DNA of 64,000 nt from the human T2T-CHM13v2.0 reference genome, Homo sapiens, in the NCBI RefSeq assembly GCF_009914755.1, contig NC_060947.1; one strand, written 5' to 3'. Below the pieces are notes generated by a model that was given only the letters and a program-made list of their open reading frames with translations, ran no database searches and was not told the DNA's origin. Every line of letters starts with the position of its first letter. Positions within the stretch are counted from its first letter, which is position 1. The position numbers and the translations under genes are program-made. Below, in pieces: positions 28,601 to 42,547 of the stretch.

Positions 28601-29658
28601 TCCATGCTCCTGCTTCTCCAATGGACTCAAAATCTCATCCAAGAAAAGCATTTATCTTTCTCATCCCTAAACACATCTGCACACCTCTCCTAAGACCTGA
28701 TGGTTACTGTCTATAAATTTCAGCCTCTAATTACATCAAGTCAATTACTATGCTATTTCAGACTTAGAGAAATGGATAATCCATATATAATATCTGATGT
28801 TTTAACTTATATTTGAATGTGAATATCTCTAGCGTTTGAAAAATCTCTAACATTCAAACAAGAGTGTTAAAACTCTGCGCTGAAGGCCTTACAAAGCAGT
28901 CCAGCTTTGGAGTCCAGGTCTCCTGCTGCCCAGTCCACCCTAGGGCTGCAAAGCATCACTGCCCAAGCCCAGACTGAGTTGACGGCTGTCTGCATAGGTG
29001 GCAAAGAGACTGTGTGTTTTTCTCCCCACTTTTGGTGAGCCCCATGTGGTGGTGCTCAGGATGAAAAGGATCCCCCTAACTCCAGCTGACATCTACTTGG
29101 CAAGCAGGGCAATGGAAGGCTTCAACATTGGTTCTCAAAGATGGAGCCTCATGTACACAGTCCTTACTTGGCAGTCATATGTTATGGTCCTGGCACACAA
29201 CAATGGCAACAAGAACAATGGCAACAACAACAACAACAGTGGGTCTCGGTTTTGTTTTCATTTTATTGGTCCATGCAACTCAAAACCTGTGACTAGGTGG
29301 TCTGAACTCACTGTCTCTCTTTTTGCCCTCCCAGACATTTCTGTCCCTTGGGAGTGCTCTCAGCAGAGTCCACACCACCTCCTTGCAGTCAAATCCAGGG
29401 AACACTTCTTTGTCTTACCAGATGTCCCAGCAACACTTGACACTCTGGATCACTCTTTCCATCTTAGAACTCTTGACTTTCTTGGCTCCCATGCCCCCTC
29501 TGCCCTGACTCTTTGCTTGTCTCTGCCAACCCCCCGAGCTCTTCCCGGGCCGCTCTTCTTTCACCTGCCCTGTCAGTGCCAATGATCTAGTATGTCTCCT
29601 TGGCTCACTTGTCTTCTCATTTTACATGTTTTCCCCAGGCAAATTTACACATTCTCAT

Positions 29659-29838
29659 CAGGGCCAACTTCATGGGTGTTTGGCCTGTGCACTCACACAG
29701 GGCCCCATGCTTAGAAAGGCCCCATTCCTGATTCAATGCTTTCCTATCACCATCTGGAAATTTGTAATACTTTTGAACAAGGTACCCTGCATTTTTCATT
29801 TTGCCCTGGGCCCTACACATTACACAGCTAGCCAGTTC
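29659..29838 (+). mobile_element. MER91A-like hAT MITE inside an L2 remnant
   Basis: cagggccaacttcatggg...cacagggccccatgcttagaa...tttcattttgccctgggccc. Confidence 0.65.
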
Positions 29839-30532
29839 TGCCTCTCGAGGTTTTACACCTTTAGGCTGAAATCTGTAGCCCGGCCTTTCTCCTGGGCACC
29901 AGACCCATCTACCCCGTCACTCCTGGACATGTTACAGGCTCTTCCACTTCAAATAGCTTCTCTTTCTTTTTTTATTCTTTATTTTTATTTTTTAATCTCA
30001 GGGACTGGCATCACTTTCCACCCAGGCACCCAAGGTCAAGATTGATTCTGAAGACAATGTTCTTCCTTTGACTTCATTGACAACCTCATCTCCTGGACCT
30101 CCTCCTATTTTGGACTCTTCTCCCTCCTTTGCAGACCACTATATCTCAGCTGCTTGCTTAAATGTGGCTGCCTTAAGGGAATTTATCTGGGAGAAATTTA
30201 TGTGTTTACTGAGTGGGGCAAAAAGTGTGTCTCTGAAATATGCTTGCCAGGTTGAGGCAAGTGGAGTCTCTGGAGCTTTGAGAGTATGAGGTCTCTGGAC
30301 CGCAGTCTCTGTGTGAAGGTGAGCTTGACACTGCATTGTAGAGCACCTGTCATAAGACTGAGGATACAGGAATCTCAACATCAAAGAATGGTGGAGATGA
30401 TGGGGGTGGTGAAGGCAAAAGCCTCCCGAGGCATCCTTTAGCCTTGCCAATAATTGAACTTGTGGCTGAGAACCTTCCAGATAACTTCTAAAGGCAAAGT
30501 TAAGTCATCTGTGGTGCTTTTTCTGTAGTTTA

Positions 30533-30825
30533 TTGTTTTAGTCCATTTTCTGTTGCTTACAACAGAAGACCTGAAACTAGATAATTTATAAAGAAAATAA
30601 ATTTTTTCTTACAATTCTGGAGGCTGAGAAGTCATAGGTCAGGGGGCCGTATCTGGTGAGAGCCTTCTTCCTGGTGGGAACGCTGTTGCATCCCAAGGCA
30701 GTGCAGGGCCTCATATGGTGAGGAAGCTAGGCGTACTTGCTCAGGCCTCTCTTCCTCTTCTTGTAAAGCCACCAATTCCACTCCCATGATAATCCACTAA
30801 CCCATTCATAAGGGCAGAAGCCCTG
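30533..30825 (-). mobile_element. MaLR LTR fragment (MSTC/MLT1A-like)
   Basis: tgttttagtccattttctgttgct...aattctggaggctgagaagtc. Confidence 0.65.
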
Positions 30826-31245
30826 CTCTTTTGAGCTGACACTACAAACCCTCCAAATGATGGGAACATTTCTCTGCAGTGCAGTCACATGTAATTCCAT
30901 TGAGGATTAGCTTTGCTCAGTCCTAGCAAAATTATGTTTTTGAGAAATTTATTTTACAAGGGACGATCAGGTCCACTTTCATTTGCTTAATTTGTTTTCA
31001 AGAAATGAAAGTGATGATCCCAACCGTAGTTTCCAAATCGTGAAGCTGAAGGTTAAATTACAAAGAGTTCCTCTGTCCTCAAATTTTACGAAAATTAGCC
31101 AACTTTTTATTACCTCTCTTTCCTGAGTTCCTTTCCAACTGTCTACTGGACATCTCCACTTGGATACCCATAGGTACCCCCCAAGACTGCTATGCATTGT
31201 TGCACAGGTTGTGAAGTGCACAAGGGGGCCACATCTAAGGGGGAC

Positions 31246-31635
31246 TGCTATGGTCTGAATGTCCCCAGTATTCACTTGTTGAAATTTGATCCCCATGGTG
31301 GTGGTGTTAAGAGTTGGGGCCTGCTGGGAAGTGATTAAGTCATGAGGGCTTGTCCTCATGAATGAGATTCAGTGCCCTTATAAAAGGGCTTAACAGAAGG
31401 TGTTCACCCTTTTACCTTCTGCCATGTGAGGACACAGCGTTTCTCCTCTCTGAAGAATGTAGCAACAAAGGCATCATTTTGGAAGCAGAGAGACCAGGCC
31501 CAGACCAGCGAGAGGTTTGATGTTTCACATCCCAGCCTCCAGAACTTGTGAGAAATAAATATCTATTGTTATCTATTGTTTCTAAATTACCCAGTCTGTG
31601 GTATTTTGTTGTAGCAGCACAAACAGACTAAGACA
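31246..31635 (+). mobile_element. Solo MaLR LTR (MSTD/MLT1A-like)
   Basis: TG...CA termini (tgctatggtctgaatgtcccc ... cagactaagaca) with 5-bp TSD GGGAC/GGGAT. Confidence 0.8.
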
Positions 31636-32956
31636 GGGATCCTTCAGAATGAGGTCCACATAGATTTCTAGGTCTATTATGGCAGTCTCTTGGCATATGG
31701 CAGCCAAAGGTTGAGCTTTAACAAAATTGGTTATACTATGACAATTTTATGACTAACAGAAGTCCAGTGTTGTTAGGAAGGGTTTTCTTTTTTCTAATAT
31801 ACACAAAGGCAACTTATGGGCTTGGACTTAGGGTGGGTCAAGCTCAACATGTCTAGAATGAATTCATCCTGGTCACTGACCTCTCCCACCTGCTTGTCAT
31901 CTTGGATTCCTTTTATCAGTGGCTAATATCTCCTTTACCCAGTTTTCCAAGTCTGAAACCTCAGTGCCAGGCTTGGCCCACGTTGGCATCTCCTTCCCTC
32001 CTCACTTCATGTCCAACATTCCATCAGTCACTGAGTCCTGTCCAATGTTAGGGTTCATGCATCAGGTCTTCCTTGATTATGACAACAACTTCTTAACTGA
32101 CCTTCTCACGGCCACTCTTGCCCCTCCAGTCCATCCTCCATCATGCAATCCTAGTGATCTTTCTGGAGTGGAAATATGATCAGTTCACCCCTTTCCAAGA
32201 TCTTGCTGTGGCTCCTTGTCACCTCTAACAGGGTTTCTCAAAGTGTGGTCCTCAAACCATGTATATCAGAATCACTTGAGGTGCTTTATCAAATGTGGAT
32301 TCTTAGCACCCACCCTAGCTAACTACTAAATTTTCAGATTCTCTGTGGTGAAGCTCATGAATCTGCACATTAATTGATGTCCCAAGTCATTTTCATGCGT
32401 GTAATTTTGAAAACTACTACTTTCTACATAAACATGGCATAAACATGCATAAACATGTCACAAACATGCAGCATACTCATATACATTTCCCACTTCCCCA
32501 GCAGGAACTGCAGAGTGCAGCTGGGCATTCAAAGGAGGCCTTTCCTGTTTCCTGGTGAGCATCACCACGGGCCTGAGAAGTCACTCTTCACCTTGCCTCC
32601 CACCACACAACTCCAGCTCCAGGTGGCATACAAAAACCATGTGCCTGTCCTCTTAGAGTGATTTCTAGGAATGCAGTATAGTCAGCCCAGCAACTATGAC
32701 TAGACCCCCATGTGGGCAGAAGGGGGTGGTAGGGCCTGTGTGTGTTTGGAGACAATTCACCATGACTATCTCCGGTTTCAGCATGGTCAGGGTTCTCTGA
32801 GGAAATACATTTACAGCCACGTTAGTAAAGTTGGTATGAGGAGACATTCCAATCCAGGGTAGTAAATGTAAATCTCCACAAAGGACATTTGTTTACATCT
32901 GATCATTCATTCCAAGGTAACGAGTAATCTCTCTCCCTGCAGGGGAGAATGGGTAG

Positions 32957-33520
<564 letters not shown>

Positions 33521-34599
33521 TGATTTTGCTGTGAATAATAAACTGTCTTTGTTTCGGATCCAGAGGCTTTATATTTTCTCTCAGAGTGTTAGAGTGTGGT
33601 GATCAACTAAATTTTCAGCTTGCTAGTAGGGTAAAATCTTAGATTATAACAGCTTCTGACCTACTACTGTGGAGTACCCTCCTTGGAGTGTGGCTGTGAT
33701 TTGTGCATGGATTCCTATAGCTGAATGGGGAAGGGAGCTGAGCAGGTAGGGGATTACTTCTCTGGATCATTCATCAAGAGCAATGCTTGGGTGCTCTATT
33801 GCTGCACAAAAAATCACCCCAAAACCTAGTGGCTTAAAACCATAATTCATTAGTTTTCAAAAATCTGTGAGTCAATTGTATGATTCATCAGCTTCATGTG
33901 GTGTTGGCTAGGCCACCAGAATGACTGAAAGGCTTGAAATGGCCTCACTCACATAGCTGGCAGTTAGTGCTGGCTTCTGGCCATGCTGCCTGGGGAACTC
34001 AGCTAGGGCTATTGGCTGAGAGCTTTGGTTCTCTTCCATATGGGCCTCTCCCTGTGGCTGCTTGGGCTTCCTCAGAGTATGGCAGCTGACTTCCAAGAAG
34101 GAGTATGCACAGAAAGCAAACTGGAAGTTGCAAATCCCTTAAGGGTTAGCCTTGGAAATTATACAGCATCACCTCTGCTACATTCTATTGGTCAAAGGGG
34201 TTACAGGGCCAGTCCACATTCAAGGAGAAGGTAAACAGAATCCACCTCTTGATGTATGAGTGGTAAGATCACCTTGCAAAAGAGTGTGTGGGATGGGGGA
34301 TATTATTGCAGCAGTCTTTGGAAGCACAATCTATCAAATGGACGTAGATGGGGGACTACACAATAGTATTTCTCCAAGTGCAGCAAGCCCCGCATCAGAA
34401 TCATGGGAGCATTTGCTGAAAATGCAGACTGGGGCTGATTCTTGCACACTAACATCTGAGATCTGGTGAGCTGCAGAACAAAGCCCAAACTTCTTGGCCT
34501 ACCACCAGTCCAGATCCTCACTTATCTTGTCTGACTTTATGCTCCAGTAACACTCGATTTCTTGGCATTCTCTTGCACATAATAAGCTATTTAACCTAC

Positions 34600-35042
34600 A
34601 GATAGAGTTTGGATGTTTGTGCCGTCCAAATCTCATGTTGAAATGTGAGCCCTAATGTTGGAGTTGGGGCTGAGTAAGGGGTGTCTGGGTTGCAAACTGG
34701 ATTGTGAACATCCTGAAGGTGGACCCCTCAGGAAAGGCTTTGTGCCCTCCCCGTGGTAATGAGTGAATCCTCGTTCTATGAGTTCATGCAAGAGCTGGTC
34801 GTTTGAAAGAGTCTGGTGCCTCCCTCACCTTTCACTTGCTCCTTCTCTCACCATTTGACATGCCTGTTTCCTCTTCGCCTTCCACCATGATTGTAAGCTT
34901 GCTGAGGCCCTTACCAGAAGCAGATGCCAGCACAATGCTTCTTGTACGGTCTGCAGAACTGTGAGCCAAAATAAACTTCTTTTCTTTATAAATTACCAGG
35001 TCTCTGGTATTCCTTTACAGCAAAGCAAAACAGATTAATATA
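34600..35042 (+). mobile_element. MaLR LTR (MSTB-like)
   Basis: gtttggatgtttgtgccgtccaaatctcatgttgaaat...ctgcagaactgtgagccaaaataaac. Confidence 0.8.
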
Positions 35043-35522
35043 CCTACTAATCCACACCTTTGCCCATAACTGTGCCTTCTGCCTGGAATAACTTGACTCC
35101 TTTGCCTCATCAAGGATTTACTCATCTTTAAAGATTCAGTTTTATGTCACCTTTTTGGGGAAGTTTTCCTGACCTCCTCTTCTCCTATGGATTGGGGTAG
35201 GTGTTCCACATCCTGTGCAATTGTCCCCATTATAGCACTTGCCAACTTGTAATGTCATTGTTAATTTGTCTGTCCCCTTCACTGGATTGTGAACATCTTA
35301 GGCAGGGATATGTCAGATTCATCTCTGTCCTCTAAATCCTAAGTGTACTTAACTGAATTGGAAGTATGACAGTGTCACAGTGAATTCCTCTTTGGCCTAA
35401 TGTTTCTTAAAGAATATGGTACTTAAAATATGCTTAAAGTTGCACTGTTTTCTTTCTGACAATTCTCAGCACAGCTAAGATGCTTGCAGCTACTTGTAAC
35501 AAAATACCCAACTAAAAGTGGG

Positions 35523-35902
35523 TGTCTTAGTGTGCTTAGGCTGCCAAAACAAAATACCATAGACTGGGTGGCTTAAACAACAGAAATTTTCTCACAACTC
35601 TGGAGGCTGGAAAGTCCAAGATTAAGTGTCCAGCAGGGACCTAGTAAGGGCTCTGTTCCTGGCTTGCAGATGGCCACCTTCTTGCTGTGTACTCACACGG
35701 CCTTTTCTCAGTGTGTGCATGTGAGTGCATGAGATCAAGCTCTCTGGTGACCCTTCTTAAAAAGCACCAGTTCCATCAGACTAGAGCTTGGCCCTCATGA
35801 CCTAATTGCCTCTCAAAGACCCCATCTCCAAATACCATCACACAGGGAATTAGGGCTTCAACATATGGACTTCAGGGGGATGAAAACATTCAGTCCATAA
35901 CA
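35523..35902 (-). mobile_element. Solo MaLR LTR (MLT1A0-like) with perfect 5-bp TSD
   Basis: tgtcttagt...cagtccataaca flanked by GTGGG at 35518-35522 and 35903-35907. Confidence 0.85.
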
Positions 35903-36799
35903 GTGGGTTAACCATTTGATTTAATAATTTTAGAAAGCCAGCAACCTGCAGTCGGTGATTCTCCAGTGTGAGATAGGAGCTATTATTGTCTGGGGATCTT
36001 CCTTTCCTTCCTCCTAGCCCTCCTCACTCTGTCATCTTCTTACCCCAGGCTCACCTCCTCTTGTGCGTAAGATGGCTGTCGGGGCTTCAGGCATCATATC
36101 CTCAAAGTTCAGTTTGAAGTTATTAAGCTGGTGGGGCAGGATGGGTCTGGGATGGGCATGAGTAACTCCCTGTCTGCAGATCTGCCTTTTAACAGTGAGC
36201 AAATTGTTCCCTTTATATCTTCTTTTCCAGACCTGGGTCGCAGGCCTCCTGTCTACACCCAGAGCAATCACAGGCAAAGAGGCTTAATCATGAGCCACAC
36301 ACCCACTCCCAACTTAATCAGGGGTGAGGTGAGAGGGGATGAGCTGTTGGATATTCGAACCCAAACAAAATGAGCAAGGAAATAAATCTAGCCCAGAAAG
36401 CAAATGTCCTAAATGCCTCACCAAGATATTGGCTTGATGTTCATAGCAGTGATTTTTTAATCAACAGAAGTTAAATGTTACTCTTAACATAAACCATGGG
36501 CGGAAGCTCCGAGGGCGGCATCAGAACACTTGGTTGCCCTACAGATGGCAAGGGGGTGGGTTTGTGGCGGGGCGGCGGGGTGCGTATGGAGGGGGAGAGT
36601 GGAGGGAAGAATGGGGTGGGGAGGAATTGCTAAAATGCACGGAATTGCTCCTGCTTCAAGATGTCAAGACCGAGGGAGCTTGAGCTGTTCTATACCTTTT
36701 CCGGGAAGGACAACTGAGGTGGGAAATCATTTTTGATACTTGAATGTCTTCAAACTTCTTTTTACACCCCACGTCTCTGCAGTCAACCCGGTGTGACTA

Positions 36800-37700
36800 T
36801 AGAGTGAAGCACGCTACGCATAATCCGTTTGGGGATTCCGAACCCCAGTGGCTCTGTACGCACCCAGGTCGCTGGAGCAGGAGGTCCCAGATCCCCGCTG
36901 TAAGGCTCCGTGGGCGAGCGCCCAGGTGGGGCTGGGCGAGGTGGGGGTTCCCGGCGCCGGCCCCGCGCGCCGCCCTCCCCGCCCCCGCTCCCGCCCCCCG
37001 ACCCCCGCGCGCGCGGCCTTGTGGGTAACGCGGGGCCGCCAGGTGACAGCTAATGGCGGCGGCCGCCTGAGGCGGGCGGGCGGTATAGAGCGGGCGGCAG
37101 GAGGCAAGCAGCGAAACCTTCCCGGCCGCCGCTCCCGTCCCGACGGCGGCTTCCCCAAGGCGGCAGGACTCGGCGCGCCATGGACAGGCCGGCGGCGGCG
37201 GCGGCGGCGGGCTGCGAGGGCGGCGGGGGCCCGAACCCGGGGCCGGCGGGCGGCAGGAGGCCTCCTCGGGCCGCGGGGGGCGCCACCGCCGGCTCCCGGC
37301 AGCCCAGCGTGGAGACCCTGGACAGGTAAGCGGGGCCCGGGCTGCCCCGGCCTCCCGCGCCCCGACTCCCGAGGGCCCCGCGCGAGGCCCGCCCGCCCCC
37401 TCCCCGCGCGCTGCGCAGGGCCTGGCGGTGGCGGGGTGGGCGGCCCCTCTTCATCCCCTCTGGGCCCTCCTCCCCCCCACCCCCGGAAACCTCAGCGCCC
37501 CATCCGGGGACTGCTGCCCTCGGACCTGCTGCGGGCCGCGCACCTGGCTCACTTCCGCCCCGAGAGCCCCAGCTCCTGGAACCCCGGGAGGGGCTTCGCA
37601 GCTGTCAAACCACTTCCGGCGCCGCCACCTGCTGCCCTTGGCGATCGCTTGGCTGTCCCTGCCCAGGCCACCAATCCTCTTGGGAGGGAGATCCCACCCG
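36800..37700 (+). promoter_or_regulatory. MTMR1: CpG island promoter of MTMR1
   Basis: Very GC- and CpG-dense segment with GC boxes, surrounding the first coding exon. Confidence 0.92.
37180..37325 (+). CDS. MTMR1: Myotubularin-related protein 1 exon 1 coding part (146 nt)
   Basis: Strong Kozak gcgccATGG; MDRPAAAAAAGCEGGGGPNPGPAGGRRPPRAAGGATAGSRQPSVETLD(S); donor AG|gtaagc. Confidence 0.96.
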
Positions 37701-38659
37701 GGCTCTCCTCTTCTAGCATCACCTTGCCTCGTGTGGTTTTAAGACCCCAATTCTGCTGTGGCTGCTTAGGGTCTTTGATGGGGGGTTGGGAGTGAGGACG
37801 GGGAGATGGGACCCCGCGGGCGTGGGAGCTGGTGCAGATCGAGGCAAAAATCTGAGATGGAAAACGTCCAAACTGCTCAGGAGGCAAGAAAACAGAACCA
37901 TTTACTTTCAGTTCTTCACACTTTGAGGGAACCAGTTTATTGTTTTCATGAACACACAAGCAAGCCTACTGCTTCTGAGGCAGCTGCAGAACTAAGAGAA
38001 ATCAGTTAGAAACATAAAGTGACCGTGTCGAACTGGGAGGGGCCACCGCCTCCTCCGACGACAAGAGATGGCCTATCGTGTAACCCGGAACATCCAGTTT
38101 TCCCACAACTTGGCCATTTCCCTGACACCAGAGTGCACTCAGGCAGCATGCACTGTTGGAATGTAGCTCAGTCAGTTTTACATGCCCATTCCTGCCTGTC
38201 TTGGTCATCCCATTGTGCCAAACTTTTGGGAGTTTCCAAAAGCACAGAAACAAGAAACATTCCCTTCACTTTTGTTTCTACCTCAGTGTAATTACAATAT
38301 ATTTTAATAAATTAATCACCCAAGTGGTTAGTGTCACTGAAAACCAGTCACAGCTAAGACAGCACTTGAAATGGTGAGGACTTCACTCATCTGCAAATAT
38401 TCAACCACACACGAGGTCTGGGCGATTCAGAGAATAGCACAACACGGCTTTTGCTGCCTTACCATTTTGCTAGACTTACCATCTAGTGGAGAATACAAAC
38501 CAACCAACAGTGGAAATCGAATGTGATAAATGAGATAGGTGGTAGAGGCGAACACAGAAGTACTCAGGATGGGCATGCATCAGAATCATTTAAGAAGCCA
38601 AAGGAGACCAGAATGTGTCACCCCCAAATATGCCTCATCTTCTGGTTTCCTTCAGAGAT

Positions 38660-39500
38660 TTTGATGATCAGGGAAAGCCTGAGAAAGCTGACATTTGAGT
38701 AATGCCCCCAAAGAGGCGAGGGATCCAGCCATACAGATACCTGGGGGTGATAGTATTCTAGTCAGAGGCCTGTGCAAAGCCCCTGAGGTGAATGTGAGCC
38801 AAGTGTTCCTAGATCAGCGAGGAGACTAGGTGTCACTAGCAGGGAGGGAGCTAGGGAGAGACAAGTAAGGGATGACGTTAGAGAAGTCACAGAGCCAGAT
38901 GGTGGAGAGCCTCAGAGGCCATGGGGAGCCACTGGGGACTTTGTGCAGAGGAGTGACATCATCTGTTGTAGATTTCAGTAGGCTCTCCATGGTGCTATGT
39001 GGACAATAGAGTGAAAGGGGAAGGAGCTGAAGCAGAGACTGTCAGTAGGAGGCTATTGTAGTAAGCCAAGTGAGATGGTGGTCCAGAGTGGAGCGGAGGA
39101 GGGGAGAAGTGGTCAGATACTACATGTAATTTGAAGACCTGCAGGGTAGAGCCAATGGGGTTTGCTGAAGATTGGTTGGTTGGTATGAGAGAAGAATCTG
39201 GGAGAATTCCAAAATTTTAGCTTGTGGGAAAATTGTGTTGCTGAGATGGAGAAGTCTTTCTAAGGTGGAGCAGGGTTAGAAAATAGCAGGCTCTTCGCTC
39301 TGGACATATCAATTTTGAGATGCCAATTATATGTCCCAGAATAGATGTCAAAGATATAGTTGATCTATCTGAGCCTGGAGTTCAGGGTTGTCTGGGCTGG
39401 AGATTCAAACTGGGGAGTCATGGGCTTATAGATGAGGCTTAAATTCATGAGGCAGGTGGAGTTCACAGAAGAATGATGGAGGTCTGGAAAAGGGAATTGG
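38660..39500 (-). mobile_element. L2 fragment(s)
   Basis: Antisense L2-like (gcctgtgcaaagcccctgagg...ggaggctattgtagtaagccaagtgagatgg...ctgggctggagattcaaactggggagtc). Confidence 0.65.
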
Positions 39501-41677
39501 GCTAGGAATAGGGCTGGGTGGATTTTCAAGATGCTTACCAGGTAAGAGTGACCCGACATGGTGAGCATTCAGATGTGAGGGGGGAGTGCCGGGTGGACTC
39601 CAAGGCAAACCTCAGCTTTCTAGCGTGTGGGGGCCGGATAACTGGCTGTGCTGCGCCCTGAGTTAGGAAACACAGGAGCAGAGTAGGTTGCGGGGCTGAG
39701 CGGCTGATGCTGGTTTAGACAGGTTGAATTGGCAGGGTCTCTGGGCCAGACTAGTGGACAGGTCTTGTAGGAACATCAGCATTGAGATCAGGAGAGTCCA
39801 GGTTGGAGAAACAGAGCTGGGAGCCTCCAGCCTGTAAGTAGTTATTGACACCAGGAGTATAGAGGGCAATTGCACAGACTACAGAGAAGGGATGGGGGAG
39901 GAATCATGGCCTCCTTTCTCAGTTCTGTCAGCTCAACAAGCTCAGATTCACACTTTTCTTTGAAGAGTGACCTCTAGAATGGAACCTGGCTCTATGGGTG
40001 GGACTTGGCCATGTCCCTGGGACTATGGGGCCTTCACTTCTCTTCTGAATACTGTAATTAATAATGAGGAAGCTGTGGTCCTGTAAGAGGATGTGTCTTG
40101 CCAAAGATCATGGAGTTAGCTGGTGACAGAAGCAGGACTCATGTCCAGGCCTCCTGTCTGCTAACCCACTGTGCTTCACTGTGTGTAACTACATTGGCCA
40201 GGATGCTTCTGGTTGCAGGTGACAGAAACCACAGTTCAATCTAGCTTAAGGCAAATGAGATGCCCTGGCTCACAGAACTGCTCCAGACAGGAGGAGAGAT
40301 GGCCACAGGCACAGTTGAGGTCAGGATTGCAAACAGTGTTGTCGGGACTCCCCATCTCTCTCTCCCTCTCTCTTTTATTTTCCCTCACTTTTTAATCGCT
40401 GTGAGTTCCTTAAGATGGTAGGGGTGGGGTGGGGTGGGGAGTGGCCTCCAGCAGCTCTGGATACAGATCCATGTATTTCAGGATCCAAGGGGAAAAGTCT
40501 GGGATTGGCTGGTCCTAGGTAACTCACCTACAAGTGGGAGCAGGTGGAGGAAGGGGTCAACCTTCTTCTCCGCTTTCCCCCACAGAAGCCTGTGTTGTGG
40601 GGAAGGGCAGTTCCCAAAGTAAAGAGGAAGGTCTTTATCAGAAGAAGGGGGAAGGCATGCCGGGCAGGCAGGTGGTAATAGCAGGTCACACTCATGCTCA
40701 GCAGTTGGGTTTCTGCAGTTTCTTCCTGTATTTGCAACTGGTGGGTGCTGACAGAAAAAGGCATTATGACAAGAAAAGTATGATATACGTGGGAATGAAA
40801 GTGACTTAACCTTTAAAAAGGAAACAAATTTCTCCCTTTTCTCTCCTTCTCCCCCTCAGGTCGAAATTGTGGTATATAGATTCCTGGCATGTGATAGGAA
40901 TTTCTGCTCATTCAGTATTTTCAACCATACAGATAACCTCTGGTCTGTTTTGATCAGAGACTGCAATTTGGATCACTAGCACAGAACTTCAGTTTTCTTT
41001 CTTTTACTATTTGGGTCATTTTCCATATTGCCTGGGGATTCCAGGTGTTTCTGTCCTTCAGATATGTGAGTGTGGGTTTAATTAGTGATATGATTTTTTT
41101 TTTAAAGGCCTGAAACATTCTTTACAGTGAAAGCTACCTGCAAGGTAAACTTTTGTCGGTGTTTTTAGCCCTCTAGCTTGATTTCTTAGTGTTTTGCCAA
41201 ATTGTGAGAGGAACCCGGCCTCTGGGGGCAATTGTTAAATCTCTTACTGCGCTAGTTGGCTTATGTGGTCTTTCAGGTCAGGTGAGTACAGCCTGACCAC
41301 TTGCCAGTCGTGTGACCTTGGGCAAAACTGGACCTTAATTTTTTCATCTGTAAAATGGGTCACTGTGAGGCTGGGCAAGGCTACGTGTGTGAAAATGCTT
41401 TGATGCCTCAGAGCTCTGTGGGAGTGAAAGATGACATTTTCTTTGCATTGCTGTGTTTTCATGTAAAGCGGTTGGCTCGCATCTGTGCTGCTGGCTTCAG
41501 TGCAGTGAGTCAGTCGCTATTGGTTGTTCCATGTCCTGTTGAGGACAGCCACTTTCTCACAGGGCATGTCACCTCTGTGCCTCGATTTTCTCTCCTCAAA
41601 GACAAGTCGGCTAGTCCCTGTTCTGCCTTCTCATCACACCATGGTTGTGAGGCTCTGATATAATAAAAACCATTTGT

Positions 41678-41962
41678 GCTTGTAATCCCAGCACTTTGGG
41701 AGGCCAAGGCGGGTGGATCACCTGAGGTCAGGAGTTCAAGACCAGCCTGGCCAACATGGTGAAAACCCGTCTCTACTAAAAATACAAAAATTAGCCAGGC
41801 ATGGTGGCATGCGCCTAAATAATCCTAGCTACTAGGGAGGCTGAGGCAGGAGAATTGCTTGAACCCAGAAGGGCAAAGTTTGCAGTGAGCCGAGATCGCG
41901 CCACTGCACTCCAGCCTGGGTGACAGAGCAAGACTCTGTCTCAAAAAAAAAAATAAATAAAA
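41678..41962 (+). mobile_element. Slightly 5'-truncated AluSx with 16-bp TSD
   Basis: TSD AATAAAAACCATTTGT at 41662-41677 and 41963-41978. Confidence 0.94.
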
Positions 41963-42203
41963 AATAAAAACCATTTGTAAGTTGTCAAAGCACTTATAGA
42001 AGTGTAAGGTATTGTTAGTACTACACAGAGAACATCATTTTTCTAGGCTGTAATTTATAAATCTCATGTTCAGCTTTACTTTTCTGAGTCACTTTGCTTC
42101 ACTCAAAAGTACACTATTTTCTAGATTTAAAACTACCAACATGAAATTGATTGAATGTTTGAAAAGCCTATGCTGTAAGATAAATATTTCACATATTTCT
42201 CCC

Positions 42204-42547
<344 letters not shown>

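Noticed and set aside
28998-29585. 195-aa ORF with an Asn-rich stretch
   Set aside because: GTG start, no recognisable domain; overlaps an (AAC)n-like repeat and L2-like sequence
37084-37090. TATAGAG as a TATA box for MTMR1
   Set aside because: Poor match to consensus within a CpG-island promoter; cannot be supported without TSS data
36848-37795. 315-aa ORF and overlapping ORFs across the CpG island
   Set aside because: Low-complexity Arg/Pro/Gly/Ala translation expected from stop-poor GC-rich DNA; GTG start; out of frame with the true MTMR1 exon 1 and runs through its donor
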